From: Azolla caroliniana
Lineage: Eukaryota > Plantae > Polypodiophyta
NCBI GenBank assembly: GCA_043228905.1
Contig: JBHGNT010000013.1
Coordinates: 62,001 to 126,000, forward strand
DNA: 64,000 nt
Direction: 5' to 3'
The translations under genes were made by a program, and so were the position numbers. The stretch's first letter is position 1. Each line of letters opens with the position of its first letter. The notes beneath the pieces are model-generated. The model made no database searches and was not told the DNA's origin. It saw only the letters and a program-made list of their open reading frames with translations. Positions 24,915 to 37,092 of the stretch are shown here, in pieces.

Positions 24915-27900
24915 CGTACCCCCTACTGCTAGGACGACCATGGCTGCGAACGGCGCATATCAAGCAGAGCTGGCAAAAGAACATGATCACATTCCGGCGA
25001 GGGAAAACAAAGGTACGAGTAACGACGCAACCACGGGTGATCACCAATAAGGAAGCAACTCCATTGTATGCGGAAAGCATTAACATGTTGGAGGGCTTAC
25101 CGAACGAGGAACTCGAGCGGTACCTCGAGGAACACCCACGAATCGTCCCATTATTTGAGGTGGATATCACGACGGCAGTAGAACCGTACATTACGACGCC
25201 GGATGAACCGGACCAAGCGGCGATCCGGGAACTGCGACAAGCACAGGAATCCCTAGAGAGGGAAATGACGATATCCCAGAGGGTAAAAGCATCCCAACTA
25301 GAGGAGGTGGACCTCGGCACAGCAGACAAGCCCCGACCGGTAAATGTTGCAAAGGAGTTGCCAAAGGAAGAAAAGAAGGCAATGGTAGCATTATTAACAG
25401 ACTTCAAGGATTTGTTCGCGTGGTCATACGAAGACATGCGAGGGCTAGACCCCCAGCTCTATCAGCACCAAATTCACCTAAGTACGGACGCGAAACCGAT
25501 TGCTCAACGCAGGTACCGGATGAATCCGAATTATGCGGCGAAGGTGAAGGAGGAAATTGATAAGCTCCTCCGGGTTGGATTTATCCGACTGGTCAAGCAG
25601 GCAACCTGGCTGAGTCCGATAGTGGTGGTCCCGAAAAAGAACGGCAAAATCTGGGTATGCGTGGACTACCGAAAACTAAATGTCGCAACAGTGACCGATG
25701 CGTTTCCACTACCATTTACGGACGGGGTGTTAGATGCGGTAGCCGGCCACGAAGTTTACAGCTTCCTGGATGGATTTAGTGGTTACAACCAAATACGAAT
25801 GAACCCGGCCGACCAGGAGAAGACGGCGTTCGTGACGGAATGGGGAGTGTTCGTCGCGGTCGTGATGATGTTCGGACTAAAGACGGCTCCAGCGACCTTT
25901 CAAAGGATAATAATGGAAATTTTCGGGGAATATATCCCCGGTTTTATGCAGGTCTTCCTTGACGATTTCGCGGTCTACAGCCGGCACGGAGAGCATCTCG
26001 ATCACCTCCGGCTGTGCTTGGAGAAGTGCCGCGAGTACCGATTGAGCCTGAACCCGGCCAAGTGCGTCTTTGGAGTGGCAAGCGGCAACTTACTAGGGCA
26101 CGTGGTGAGTAAGGAAGGAATCGCGGTAGATCCGGATAAAGTCAAGGCGATTCTCGAGGCACCAGCACCAAATAACGCAAAGGCTTTAAGCCGGTTCCTG
26201 GGCCAAATAAGGTGGCATAGCCGGATGATACGGCACCTCGCAGACTTCGCTACACCGTTACATACCGCCGTACATAGGATACCCTTCCTATGGGCGGAGA
26301 CGGAGTAGGAAGCCTACCAAGCGTTGAAGGTTATGCTGTCGCAAGCTCCGGTGGTGCAACCGCCGGATTGGAGTAAAAGCTTTCACGTCTTCGTCGACGC
26401 GTCGGACGTAGCAATCGGCAGCGTTCTGATGCAACTCACGGAGCCGAAATGGTACCGACCGGTGTACTACGCAAGCCGGAAACTCTCAAAAGCCGAACGG
26501 AATTACTCTACGACGGAACGCGAGGCATTGGGAATGGTGTATAGTGTCACAAAGTACAGGCACTATCTGCTCGGAAGGAAGTTTTCCTTCCATGTCGACC
26601 ATTCGGCACTACTCTACCTGGTCTCGAAGGCATCCCTGACGGGAAAAATTGCACGATGGACACTGCTGTTACAGGAATTTGAATTCGACATTTTCCACCG
26701 ACCCGGGGCGCAGCATGCGGTAGCGGACTACCTAAGCAGACTCGAATCCGGAGAAGCAGGGGACGGCATCCAGGATGAGTTTCCCGACGCCGAGTTGTTC
26801 CGGATCATGACGAAACCGGCAACGGATGCAACGGTAGCCGATGAAGACACGTGGCTAACTGAGATGCATCAGTTCCTGAGCACCGGAGTTCCCCCGGAGA
26901 ACATGGACCGCGATGAAAGGAAAAGGGTAGCAGTAAGAAGCAGACATTTCTGCTTGGTTGGAGACACCCTCTATCACAAGGGGGCAGATGGCATCTGGAG
27001 ACGAGCAGTGCGGAGCGATGAGAAGGATCTAATCCTCAGGGAAACCCAATGTGGAATTGCCGGCGGGCATTATGCCGGCGATGCAACCGCTCGGAAAATA
27101 TGGCAGAGCGGACTGTGGTGGCCGACCACCCTAAAAGATGCCGTGAAGTATAGCGGAGAATGCGATTTGTGTCAACGACTGGGCCAACCCACAGAGCAGG
27201 CCCGGATGCCACACCACCCGGTCTTGCCCTTGGAACCGTTTCAAAAGTGGGGGTTGGACTTTGTCGGTCCCTTCAAACCACCGGCAATGCGAACCGGAAA
27301 TCGGTATGTCATAGTGGCGACCGACTATTGCACCAAATGGGTAGAAGCAAAGGCCTTACGGGACAACACGGCCACGTCCACGGCAAAGTTTTTGTATGAG
27401 TGCATATGGTGCCGGTATGGATGCCCGATCGAGCTTATAAGTGACCAAGGAGGACATTTTCTCGGGCAGGTAGTAGAAAGCCTAACGTCATTTTACGCGA
27501 TGGTACATAAAAAGAGTACTCCCTACTACCCTCAAGCCAATGGACTAGCGGAATCAACGAACAAAACTCTGCAGAACATCCTACGAAAAATCGTCAACGA
27601 GAACCGGACCGACTGGGATACGAAATTGCAAAGCGCGCTATGGGCGTACCGAACAACCTACAAAACCAGCATCCGGACAACCCCGTTTCGGCTAGCATTC
27701 GGTTTAGAAGCGGTCATGCCGGTAGAGTTCCGGATCCCCAGCTTACGAATTCAGGTGAAGGAGCGCTTAAGTGAGAACGAGTCCGAACGAATCCGGCTGG
27801 CGACGTTGTTGGAATTAGAAGAAAACCGAATAGCCAGCTTACTACAACTCGAACTGGAGCAAAGGAGGAGAAAAGCTTTCGTGGACCGACACCGGCGTGG

Positions 27901-28195
27901 CAATGAAAAGGAGTTCGAAGTCGGGAAACCGGTGCTACTATTCCAGACACGAATGGGGAACATGCCAGGAAAGTTGCGGTTTCGATGGACCGGACCGTTC
28001 TGGATCACCAAGGAGTACAATGGGTCGTATCAGCTCGGCACGTTGTCTGGAGATGTCATCGGCAAGTGGGCGAATGGGTTTCGGCTAAAGCCGTATAAGG
28101 GAAATATGCCAGCGAACCCGTTCAAGCAAAACCCGGAAATCCGGCAAGATGAGGAACCGACACCGACACCGACAAAGACTATCCCGGAAAACTGA
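24915..28195 (+). pseudogene. Gypsy D pol segment 2 (RT, RNase H, integrase); TAG at 26306-26308
   Basis: CVDYRKLN, LDGFSGYNQI, MMFGLKTAPATFQ, FLDDF, VDASD..EREAL..VDH..VADYLSR, WGLDFVGP, SDQGGHF, PQANGLAE, WTGPF. Confidence 0.93.
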
Positions 28196-28445
28196 CAGAA
28201 GGATCCGGTATCCACACGAACCGACCCGAACAAATCGGGGGGGACCAGCAAATGACGTGGTCCAAAAGGAAGGAAAAAAAAAAATCGACGCGAATCATAG
28301 TAATGATGGGGAGATCACAAGAGGTGGGAGCGCCACCATGCAACGAAGAGGCGCCATGCATTAAAGAAGGACGTGCGCGTACTTGCTATTTAAAGCATGG
28401 AACGTGGGCACTCACACGCGGAAAACAAGAAAGGACATACTAATT

Positions 28446-31400
28446 ATGGCGGGAGAGGAACATGCGCGGGAAACGAAAAAGGGCGGCTCGAGGCAAAAGC
28501 CACTATATAAGACACAGGCCTGCGAAGGACTCACTTTTTACGAATTTTCCTACATACAGGCGCAGAAGCACAGAAGAGCGATCCGACGCACAGAGCACAC
28601 AGAGCCCGATCCCGAACAACAGGCAGCAGAAGAAGAATTCGAAACAATGGTACTGTCGGAAGAGGCACGCCAATGGATGAGGGAGAACGGGTTAAAAGGA
28701 TTGATGTGGATCGCCGACGCTCCACCACACGCAGAACCAGAGCAGGCGGCAGCATCAATCGATTTGTCAGAAGTCACGGAAGGTGCGGTGCAGGCGCTCA
28801 CGGGGATAAAAGCAGGAGGACTTCAAACAATCGAAAACCCTTCAAGTGAGATCCTGTTCGAATATTTCGGTGAGTACTCTATCAGCAGCAAGGCGTACCG
28901 AACGCAGGGCGGAGAGAACCTGCTGTTCGGAGAAGTGGCCCGCGCCATGATGGAATACGGATTCGTGAATCCCCGTCCCCCGGCCATAGCCAAGTACCGG
29001 GCAGCGTTCTTAATAGCAGCGTACGAAGGCTTACAAATAGACTGGCTCCATTTCATAACCGAAGGATTGAAGGAGGCCATCAAGAATCTTGTGGAAGGAA
29101 AAAAGCCATGGGCCGGGATAGCACAATGGCTAACGGTGTTAGTCCCACCGGTGCTCCCCATCACACAAAAGAAAAGAGGTCGGCAGGAGACGACACCGAA
29201 AAAGGTCACAAAGCGCCGACAGATCTTGGAGAAACACACCCCCGGATGGACCCAGCAAGAAGCAGAACAGCGGGGGGAAGGTCCATCCCGACAGCAACAG
29301 GAACCGGCAACAAAGGCAAAACCGGCAGGTAAAGGCAAAGGGAAATCGGTCGAGGAGGAACCGATAGCGTGCAAACCAATCCATATAACGCTGCGACGGC
29401 CGGAACCGGAACCAGAGGACTTTATACAAAAGGTCCGTCTGGTAACCGCACCGGGGGAGGAAGCTGAAATAGAAGACTCATCCGAACCATTGGTAAGACT
29501 CCCAGCAAGACAAGGTCGGGAGAAACGGGCAAAAGGACCGGCTCCACCAGTTGACAAAACTCAGCAGAGGGCGCAAGGACCACCTCCAGTAGCCGAGGCG
29601 GAAACAGTACCGGAACCCGTACCGAGGGAAGCAGCACCGACACCGGTTGTGCCGGACTTCAGAGAACCGGTCATCCTAGAGAAGAAGAATGAACAAGCGC
29701 CGGAGCCAGAGAAAAGGCCGGAAAAACAGCCTGAGTTAAGTGAGCAAGGCCACCCCAACACAGAAAGAACAAAGCCACAATGGCTGAGATGGCTTTCGGA
29801 GCAGTTATCGGGAGTAGCGGACCAGTTAGAGAAAGAAGAAACGTGTAGGCAACAGCTGACGCATACAACAACTCAGGAGTTGGTCACGCTCCGAACACAG
29901 ATCGAGGAAATGCAAGGGGAGCTGTTGCAGGCAAGGGAAGGAATTCAACAAGCACAAGTTGTCACCGAGCCGGTCGGGACAACAAGGAAGCAACCAGAAC
30001 CGGAACCGGAACCGGTAGCCTTGCAAACCGGCCCTGAGACCGAAAAAATAATAGAAACCTTACGAGAGGAGTTAAAAGCTCAGGAGGCATTAAGGGAAAG
30101 ACAAAGGGAGTAGCGGAAAGCGGTGGAGGACGACAGACGAAAAATGGAAGAAGGCCTCCGGAAAGGTCGAGCCGCTAATGACCGACTGCAAGAAGAAAAA
30201 GAGAAGCTGCAAAAGGAGAAGGACCGACTGCGTCGACATGCCGAGCAGGAGATAGAACGATTGCAGGAAGAACTCCGACAACAGAAGGACCGGGACGATC
30301 GGTTAAGAGCTCAGGCAAACCGACGCCTGAAGCAGAAGACGGAGGACTTCAACCGTCTCTACCGAGATCACAAGCAGGCCGAGTCGGACAACAAGAAACG
30401 GGCAGCAGACTATGACCGGCAAATAGAGAAGCTGAAAGAACAGCTCAAAGAGACCCGATTAGACCTGGCTAAGGCAATGGATGAGGTCAGTGCCAACAAG
30501 GAAGCATTGTCGGCGGAAATAGCCCAAGCGACGGAGAGAAGGAAGGAATTAGAGGCGCTAAGGCGGGAAAAGCTGGATCTGACCAAGATCAGGAATGAAG
30601 AAAAGGAAAAATCGACCTTCACGATCAGCAAACTGCAAAGTACCTATGAAAAGCAGAAAGCGGATTACGAGGCCCAGGCTTAGATAATGGCCGACATTAT
30701 AAAACGGGCAAGGAAGGAAAAGCAAGAAGCTTATGCGCATGTTAAGGCGGGGGTTGACCGGATCAAGCTCATCATGTCAGGATGGAGTACCCGAGCTCAG
30801 GCAAGCATCAACGAAAGTACGGAAAACCTATGGAAGGAGTGGTCACAACAGGCAGCCGAGCTGCAGACACTCCGAGCGGATGCCGAGAATCGGAGGAAGA
30901 CCGGTGACAAGTTCTACAAGATGGATGAAGAAAGTATCGTCGCCATTCGGGAAGAATTGTTGGAGGATTTCTACACTTTAGCAGAAGAACACCTCAAAGA
31001 AATCCGAGGGCTGGTAGAGAGGTTGGATGACGGGCAGTTTGTAACTCAGTTGGAGTTGGAGAGATACGAGCAGGACCGGTTACGACAGGAAGCTAAGGGA
31101 AGAACGACGCCAATCACAATAAGTGAGGGAGAGCGACCGGCTGAAGTTGAACCAACCGACACCGAACAACCCCGACAAGGAATACCCGAAGAAGAACTTC
31201 CGATCGAAGGAGAAGAAGAAGAGCTGAGACCGGAAGACACCAGAGCAGAGGAAGAAGGCGTGCCGAGCCAACCAGTCAAGACCGGAGAAAGCGACACTGG
31301 TAACAAAACAGAGCCTGGAACAGAGGGAGAACAGGAAGAACCCGGACGAAGCGGTGAGGAAGCATCGGCACCACAGAATCAAGCAGAGCCGGAGCAGCAA

Positions 31401-31526
31401 ATGTTTATGGAACAGCCCACCCAACCGGAGGTCGGAGACCAGGCAGGCAAGGAACAGGAACAGGAGGAAGAAGCACCACTTGACACCATCGAGCAAAGTG
31501 TGCTCGATATTTTGGAGGAAGAATGA
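28446..31526 (+). pseudogene. Gypsy D extra ORF (~1026 codons): globular N-terminal domain, Pro/Glu-rich linker, long coiled coil, acidic tail; TAG at 30111 and 30681
   Basis: ORFs 28383-30113, 30123-30683 and 30687-31526 are collinear in one frame, separated only by single TAG codons. Confidence 0.8.
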
Positions 31527-31558
31527 GGCCGGGAGTGGATTCGAAGTGCAAGGCACTT

Positions 31559-31574
31559 TCCCACGGGCGTGCCA
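31559..31574 (-). promoter_or_regulatory. Inverted PBS-like site (tRNA-Arg(UCU) 3'-end copy) at the PPT position of Gypsy D
   Basis: Plus strand TCCCACGGGCGTGCCA lies 2 nt before the 3' LTR; no purine tract is adjacent. Confidence 0.7.
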
Positions 31575-31965
31575 TGTGTTGGCCGGTCAGAAGAGCAAGG
31601 ACAAGTGGGAAGGCGGAGTCGGATCGGATAATAGGAAGTAAATAATAGTAGAATTATTATTCGGAGGGACGGATCCGGTACAGTGGTACCGATCCGGATC
31701 CAGACCGATTCGGATGTCGGTTGCCTAAGCGCACCGATTGTAACCTTGTCGGATGCCTATAAAAGGATCCGATGATTTGTAAAGGGTTGGACGGAAGTAA
31801 TACAATAGTAATTATTGCGTGTTTATCTGTATCTCGTATTGTTTACCGTCTGTGCTTAATTGTAATCATCTTACGTGTGTAACCTAGCATCCAATCCTTA
31901 CCACCCCTTTGGAGAAGTGTCGGATAGACACCTGTGTTGAGGCTAGTCCGGCCAGGCAGACAACA

Positions 31966-32743
31966 AGCTACACCGATGCCGACTGGGCCGGCAATGTCGC
32001 CGATCGCCGATCCACGTCCGATTTCACGTTCTCTCTTGCGAGTGTCGCAATCGCGTGGAGTAGCAAGAAGTAGCCGACAGTTGCACTGTCGAGCACCGAG
32101 GCTGAGTATAGAGGAGTGGTTGTCGCGACATGCGAAGCCATATGTTTGAAGCGACTACTTAAGGACCAGCAAGAGGAGGTGTCTGATCCGACGACAATCT
32201 ACTGCGACAACCTCAGCAGCATCCTTTCTGGAGGTGCACTACCATTTTGTCTGTGAGCGTGTCCTTTCTGGTGAAGTTGCACTTCAGTATATTGTGACGG
32301 ATCGGCAAACAATTGACATCTTCACCAAGCCTCTAGGTCTGGACAAGTTGCGGAAATTCTCGGGTACGCTTGGGTTGCATCACCTCGACGTGCCGAACTT
32401 GAGGGGGAGAGACGTCCCGAATGACCACGGAAGAGGGAGAGAAGTTCCAGAAGATGAAGACCGCAACACCGAGTCGGATGACGACTTCGGATCGGCTGAA
32501 GAAGCCGAGGGCGGATCCGAGGAAGAGTCCAAAAGCGGACATAAGGGGAACAACCGAAAGAAAGAGCCGAAGCCAACCAAGCATGGGGGAGATGACGTCG
32601 TCAAGGGTGAGAAAACCGAAGATGAGTTGGAGACAACCAACTCAGACGAGAGCGAAAACCGATCGGAGGTAGCCGAGTCGGTTCGGATGTTTGATTCAGA
32701 TACACTGAATCAACCGAGGGCCAAGCGGAAAAGAAGGCAGTAG
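31966..32743 (+). pseudogene. Copia A RNase H (segment 3) plus acidic C-terminal extension
   Basis: YTDADWAG...[18 protein letters not shown]...IYCDN...HYHFV...DIFTKPLG, then a D/E/K-rich tail. Confidence 0.85.
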
Positions 32744-33368
32744 GAGAAGTGCCAACACCGCGACAGCAAGGGAGCTGTGAAGGTCCGTGGGAGCAGACAA
32801 GCTGACCGGAAGGGTCGATGCGCACGGAGTCGAACAGGCCGAGGAGCGCGAGCGAGGCGTGGAGCCAGGAGGAACCAGAGCGGTGATCCGGAAGATCCTG
32901 AAGAGCCTCAAGTTGAGTTTGAGGGGGAGTGTTGAGAGACAAGCTCAACATCGGCTGGATCGGTTGAGCAAGCCGAGGACTGGATCGGTTGGGACCGATC
33001 AGTTAGGCCGGACCGGTGCGTAAAACGGATACGCAAACCGGTGCATAACGAGAGGCCGTGTCGGTGCGTAAACCGAAAGGCCGTTAGAGGGATATTCCTC
33101 GTAAGGAATAGTTTTGGGAGTAAGTGTCGAGGCTCATTTATGAGCAGTCAAGTACTGTCAGTACTTGTGTAAACCCGATTGTCAGGGCTTGTATAAAAGG
33201 TGCTCACTGAGCACGATGTATGTACAAAGAGTTAGTATTTTTGAATTGAGTTTTTGTGTGTTCTCTCTCTGTTTCTCCCACGTACTGTGTATATCCAAGC
33301 TCTCCATTAAACCTGCGTATTTTTCTCTGTGTTCATTTTTTTATTGCTTCCGCACATAATCTTTCACA

Positions 33369-35990
33369 ATAGGGTGTTATGGCCCTTTTTGGAAAGAGTA
33401 GTGAGAGCTATGGCCTTCCCCAACAATGGAGGAATTGCACTTCTGCACTCTATCGGATTGCTACCAGTAGCATGTTGGTATCTGGTGCTAGGGGCCCCGC
33501 CTTCCAACTACACGCTCAGTGAGGCAAGGTTGTCCCTAGCCCCATATCTCTATCTATTTGTAACCGAGGCTTTCTCTGCCTACTTACAAGCACCAAGTAG
33601 CAGACTGAGGGGATTTCCCATCCCCAATGTGATTGAGGATCTTCTGTTATCTGAATATGCCGACGATACGGTCCTTTTCTTGCAAGTCGATGATGCAAAT
33701 TTGCAGCGAGTTGAACATCTTGTTGAGGACTTTTGTTAGGCTGTTGGTGCCAAGGTCAATTGGGATAAAACCCAAGGCCTTTGGTTCAGCGAACAAGAGA
33801 AGCCAAGGTGGCATCCCCATGCTGATTTTGCATGGGTCCCTGATGGGACGACATTCAAGTACCTCGGATTTACAATGGGGAGGGCAATCCCCAAGGGAGT
33901 GCAATTGTCCCATGTGCAAGCCAAACGAAGCAAGAAGTTGAACCAATGGAGCAGGTCTAAACTATCCTTCGCTGGTAGGGTTCTTATTGCGAACCAAGTG
34001 ATGCTCGCCACCATGTGGGACTCAGTCTCCTACTGGATTATGGACCCTTCAGGTTTGCACACGATTAAGGCTTCCATCAGGGGGTTTATATGGTCAGATA
34101 AGGACAACCCGATGGCTACCGCCAGAGTGTCATGGCATTGGTTAACACAACCGCAGGCCAAAGGGGGGCTTGGCATCATAGACCCCTTAATGCAGAGCCA
34201 AGCATTGCTAGCCAAAATGGTGGTCTGATGCCTCCTGCTAGGTAAGGGGTACTGGAAGGTTCTACTTCGCAATAGGTTGCAGGCAGGGACTCCCAAGTAT
34301 GGTAGGCCTTGGCCTGACTCCTTGAATTGGTGTTGCACGAGCGGAGTCCCACCCAAGATAGCTTTTCATCTAGAGGAGAGGGTCACAAACTCCATCTTGC
34401 GGCATGATGTCACGTACGACATCATTTGGTCAAGCACACGTCGGAGACACTAATCGAGTGGTCTAGACAACCATTATATTGGAACCCTCAGGTGCGTACA
34501 AGTGACAACGTGATGTTAGGGTAGCTTAAGGTCCTAGCATGGGGAAAGCTAGCGCAAACAAGGCTCCACTCTATAGATGATTGGAGACGCACGGTGGCTT
34601 TAGGAGGAGCCCAGGAGGTCCCATTTCCATTCCCTCCCCTCAAGGGAGCCATGAAAATGCGGAGATTGATAGCTGAGGCAGTTGATAGAGTTCTGATGGG
34701 GGAGGTGAGAGAAGATGCTTGGTTCAGTCTCTTTGATGAGGCTAGAAGGGTTAAGTTGTTGAAGGGCGTGAGTGGATCGGGAAGAGATACAATTTTTGGG
34801 GAGAGTCAGTAGGGGCTCTTGGCACCCAATCCGTGTGGTGGTGCAGGTTGATAACATCTAGAAGACAGACCCAGATGTTGCTAAGGTGGAACCCCATTGG
34901 AAGTTATGGGTATATGGTTGTCGTCCCCTCGTCAAACTAGAATGGGACCCAGGGGATTTCAAGTGGAAAAATGATGGCAGATTTTGCCATTTCTTCGAGT
35001 ACAACACTAAAATGGGCCGAACTTTTCAACTGCAGCTAGACGACCCCTTACGCAATGGCTGACGTACATTGGGCATCCCTGATGAGGTGCTCATTACCTT
35101 TTGGAAGGATCTCTGGCGTCTCCACATGCCAGAAAAGATAACGTTTTTTTGGTGGCAAATCGGCCATAATGTGGTTCCCGTTGGCGAATCGCTAGGTAAA
35201 CGTGGCGGCCCATTAGGCTACCCACTTTGCCAATCACCTATTGAGACTTTGAGGCATTGTCTATGGGATTGCCCTCAAGCTCAAAAGGTATGGGATAGAG
35301 TGACTCGCCTCCTTGCGGCATATGAAGTGGAAGGAACGGCATCGTGGAGTGTTGCGGCATGGATTGATCACTCCGTTGATAGGTGGACAGACACCTTCAA
35401 TGCGGATAGTTGGTGCTACGTATGCATGAGAGGCAAAATCACCAAGATTCGATTTGAGAGAGGCTTGCAATCCGCATCCCCTAGGTTCCTGGAAATTTGG
35501 ATGTTGATTACAGGCTTCACCCTGTGGTATGTATGGAAAGTGCGTTGCCTAAAGGTCTTTCAGGATCTGGTGCGGCCCCCGGAGGAAGTGATCATGGACA
35601 TATGGCTTGCGCTTATCAGCTTCCTACGAGGGCAATTGGACGAGGTTTGCAGCCATTCCAATGACATGGTCACTGCTCGTTTGCGCTTTTGGCAGAAATG
35701 GCAGAACACGCCTATGGTGACACAAGGAGGAAGTGGCCCGAGGTGGAACTACTAGCCCCCACACTGGTTGTTTTTTACTCACTTACCACCCTCCCTTCGT
35801 TGTCGGCCCCAGGAGTTGTCTCGTACTAGCCAACACAGAAGGAAAGGCGATGTAACTAGTCTCATTTTCTTGAACTTAATCGGAGGAAGATTCCCCGATC
35901 TATGTATAATCCTCCTTGTACAGTCTCTTTGTAATAATGCTTCCTAACTAATGGGAAACTAGCTTCATTTTGGAAAAATAAAATAAATTT
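33369..35990 (+). mobile_element. L1-clade LINE ORF2 remainder (RT, zf-RVT) and 3' end
   Basis: VRQGCPLAP, EYADD, KYLG, KLSFAGRVLIAN, KGGLGI, zf-RVT-like PLCQSPIETLRHCLWDC; A-rich tail at about 35974-35987; multiple stops and frameshifts. Confidence 0.88.
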
Positions 35991-36026
35991 GAATAGCTTA
36001 GTGGTTAGTCTAAGAGCTATTCACTA

Positions 36027-37092
36027 TGTTAAAACAGGTGCAAAGAAGGAAAAGGGATAATTACATTTAATGTCGAAATTAAGCTCCTCTCTTGCTCTAT
36101 GAAAAGAGGAGAAGTGGGTTTATCTCAAGTCGCTCACTTTGCCTTAGGAGGTTGCCCATTTTGAGTTTTAGAGTGTACCATTAGGTTTCCTTTCCTCGTC
36201 TTCTTCCTCTTTGGACTTTAGATTTTTGCAGGAAACCCTCTTCTTCTTCCTCTACAGACTTTAGAGTTTTTCCTCTTACCCTTCCTCTTCTTCTTCTTCT
36301 CCTCCTTCTCCTTGAATTACTTGAGGATTTAGGAGTTTATTTTCCGTGTTCTTCGCAAGGAGTCCTCTTAGTTCTTCTCCCTTTAGGGTTTCTGATCAAT
36401 ATTCTTCTTCGGCAACTTCTTCAACTTTCAAACTATTTACCTATTTTCGTTTAATTCGGAGGTTCAGTCTTCTTCTATGCAACGCAGAACGCTACACATC
36501 GGGGATTCCAAGAGAAGGGTTAGACTACCTCGCACTCTGGTTGTTGACGGGAGGATGATGTGACACATGAACACTCACCATCATCCGGGCGACGTAGCCA
36601 ACTATGGTAGTTGTGGTTCTAGAGGCTCACTTGACTTACCTTCATTGGAAACTCTTTAGTCTCCTGTTCGTTCGTTTCATTTTCGTTTGTACTCTAATCA
36701 TATATGACCATTTTGTAAAACCACTGAAATCGTGGTACTCTAGTTCTATTTGTTGTAAATCCTAATTTTGTAAAGAGACCCTTTGTATATTTTTGTTCAC
36801 ATTTTGTCTTAATCTCATGTACATTCCCTTAATCATGTGTTAATCATCACTTAACTCGTCGCTCTTGTCAAGTCTAGAGAGCCTTTGAGTTTGAAGACCC
36901 TTTGGCTCTAGGCTCCCGTCAACTCTGGGCTCCCTTTGAGCCTGGGCACCCTTCAACTCTAGGCTCCCTTTGACTCTGAGGATCCTTCGAGTCTAGGACA
37001 TATCCTCCATGCCTTCTTAACTTTGTGAGTTCCCTAGTCCATGACCCTCATGTTCCCACTCGAGTAGCACATGCACACGTGTTTTCGCAACA
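36027..37092 (+). repeat. LTR-like remnant related to Trp-family LTRs
   Basis: Shares the post-TATA GGTTGCCYATTTTGAG motif and the U5 CCTAGTCCA.GACCC motif with the Trp-1 LTR; ends CGCAACA. 5' boundary uncertain. Confidence 0.5.

Larger units (their letters stand above)
16586..31965 (+). mobile_element. Ty3/gypsy element D (non-chromovirus, Athila/Tat-superclade-like, no extra RNase H seen) with large 3' extra ORF; hosts Copia C
   Basis: 389-bp LTRs 16586-16974 and 31577-31965 with 4 transitions. TSD AGCTA at 16581-16585 and 31966-31970; removal restores Copia A QLVSYTDADWAG. PBS TGGCGACCACA at 16981-16991. Confidence 0.96.
6794..33368 (+). mobile_element. Ty1/copia element A (decayed; hosts Copia B and Gypsy D)
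   Basis: LTRs 6794-7214 and 32930-33368 (TGTTGAGA...TTTCACA). TSD ATAGG at 6789-6793 and 33369-33373. PBS TGGTATCAAAG at 7215. PPT TTGAGGGGGAG before 32930. Confidence 0.95.

Noticed and set aside
35992-36023. Hairpin with an A-box-like TAGCTTAGTGG after the L1 tail
   Set aside because: No B-box at the expected distance, so it cannot be supported as a tRNA or SINE.
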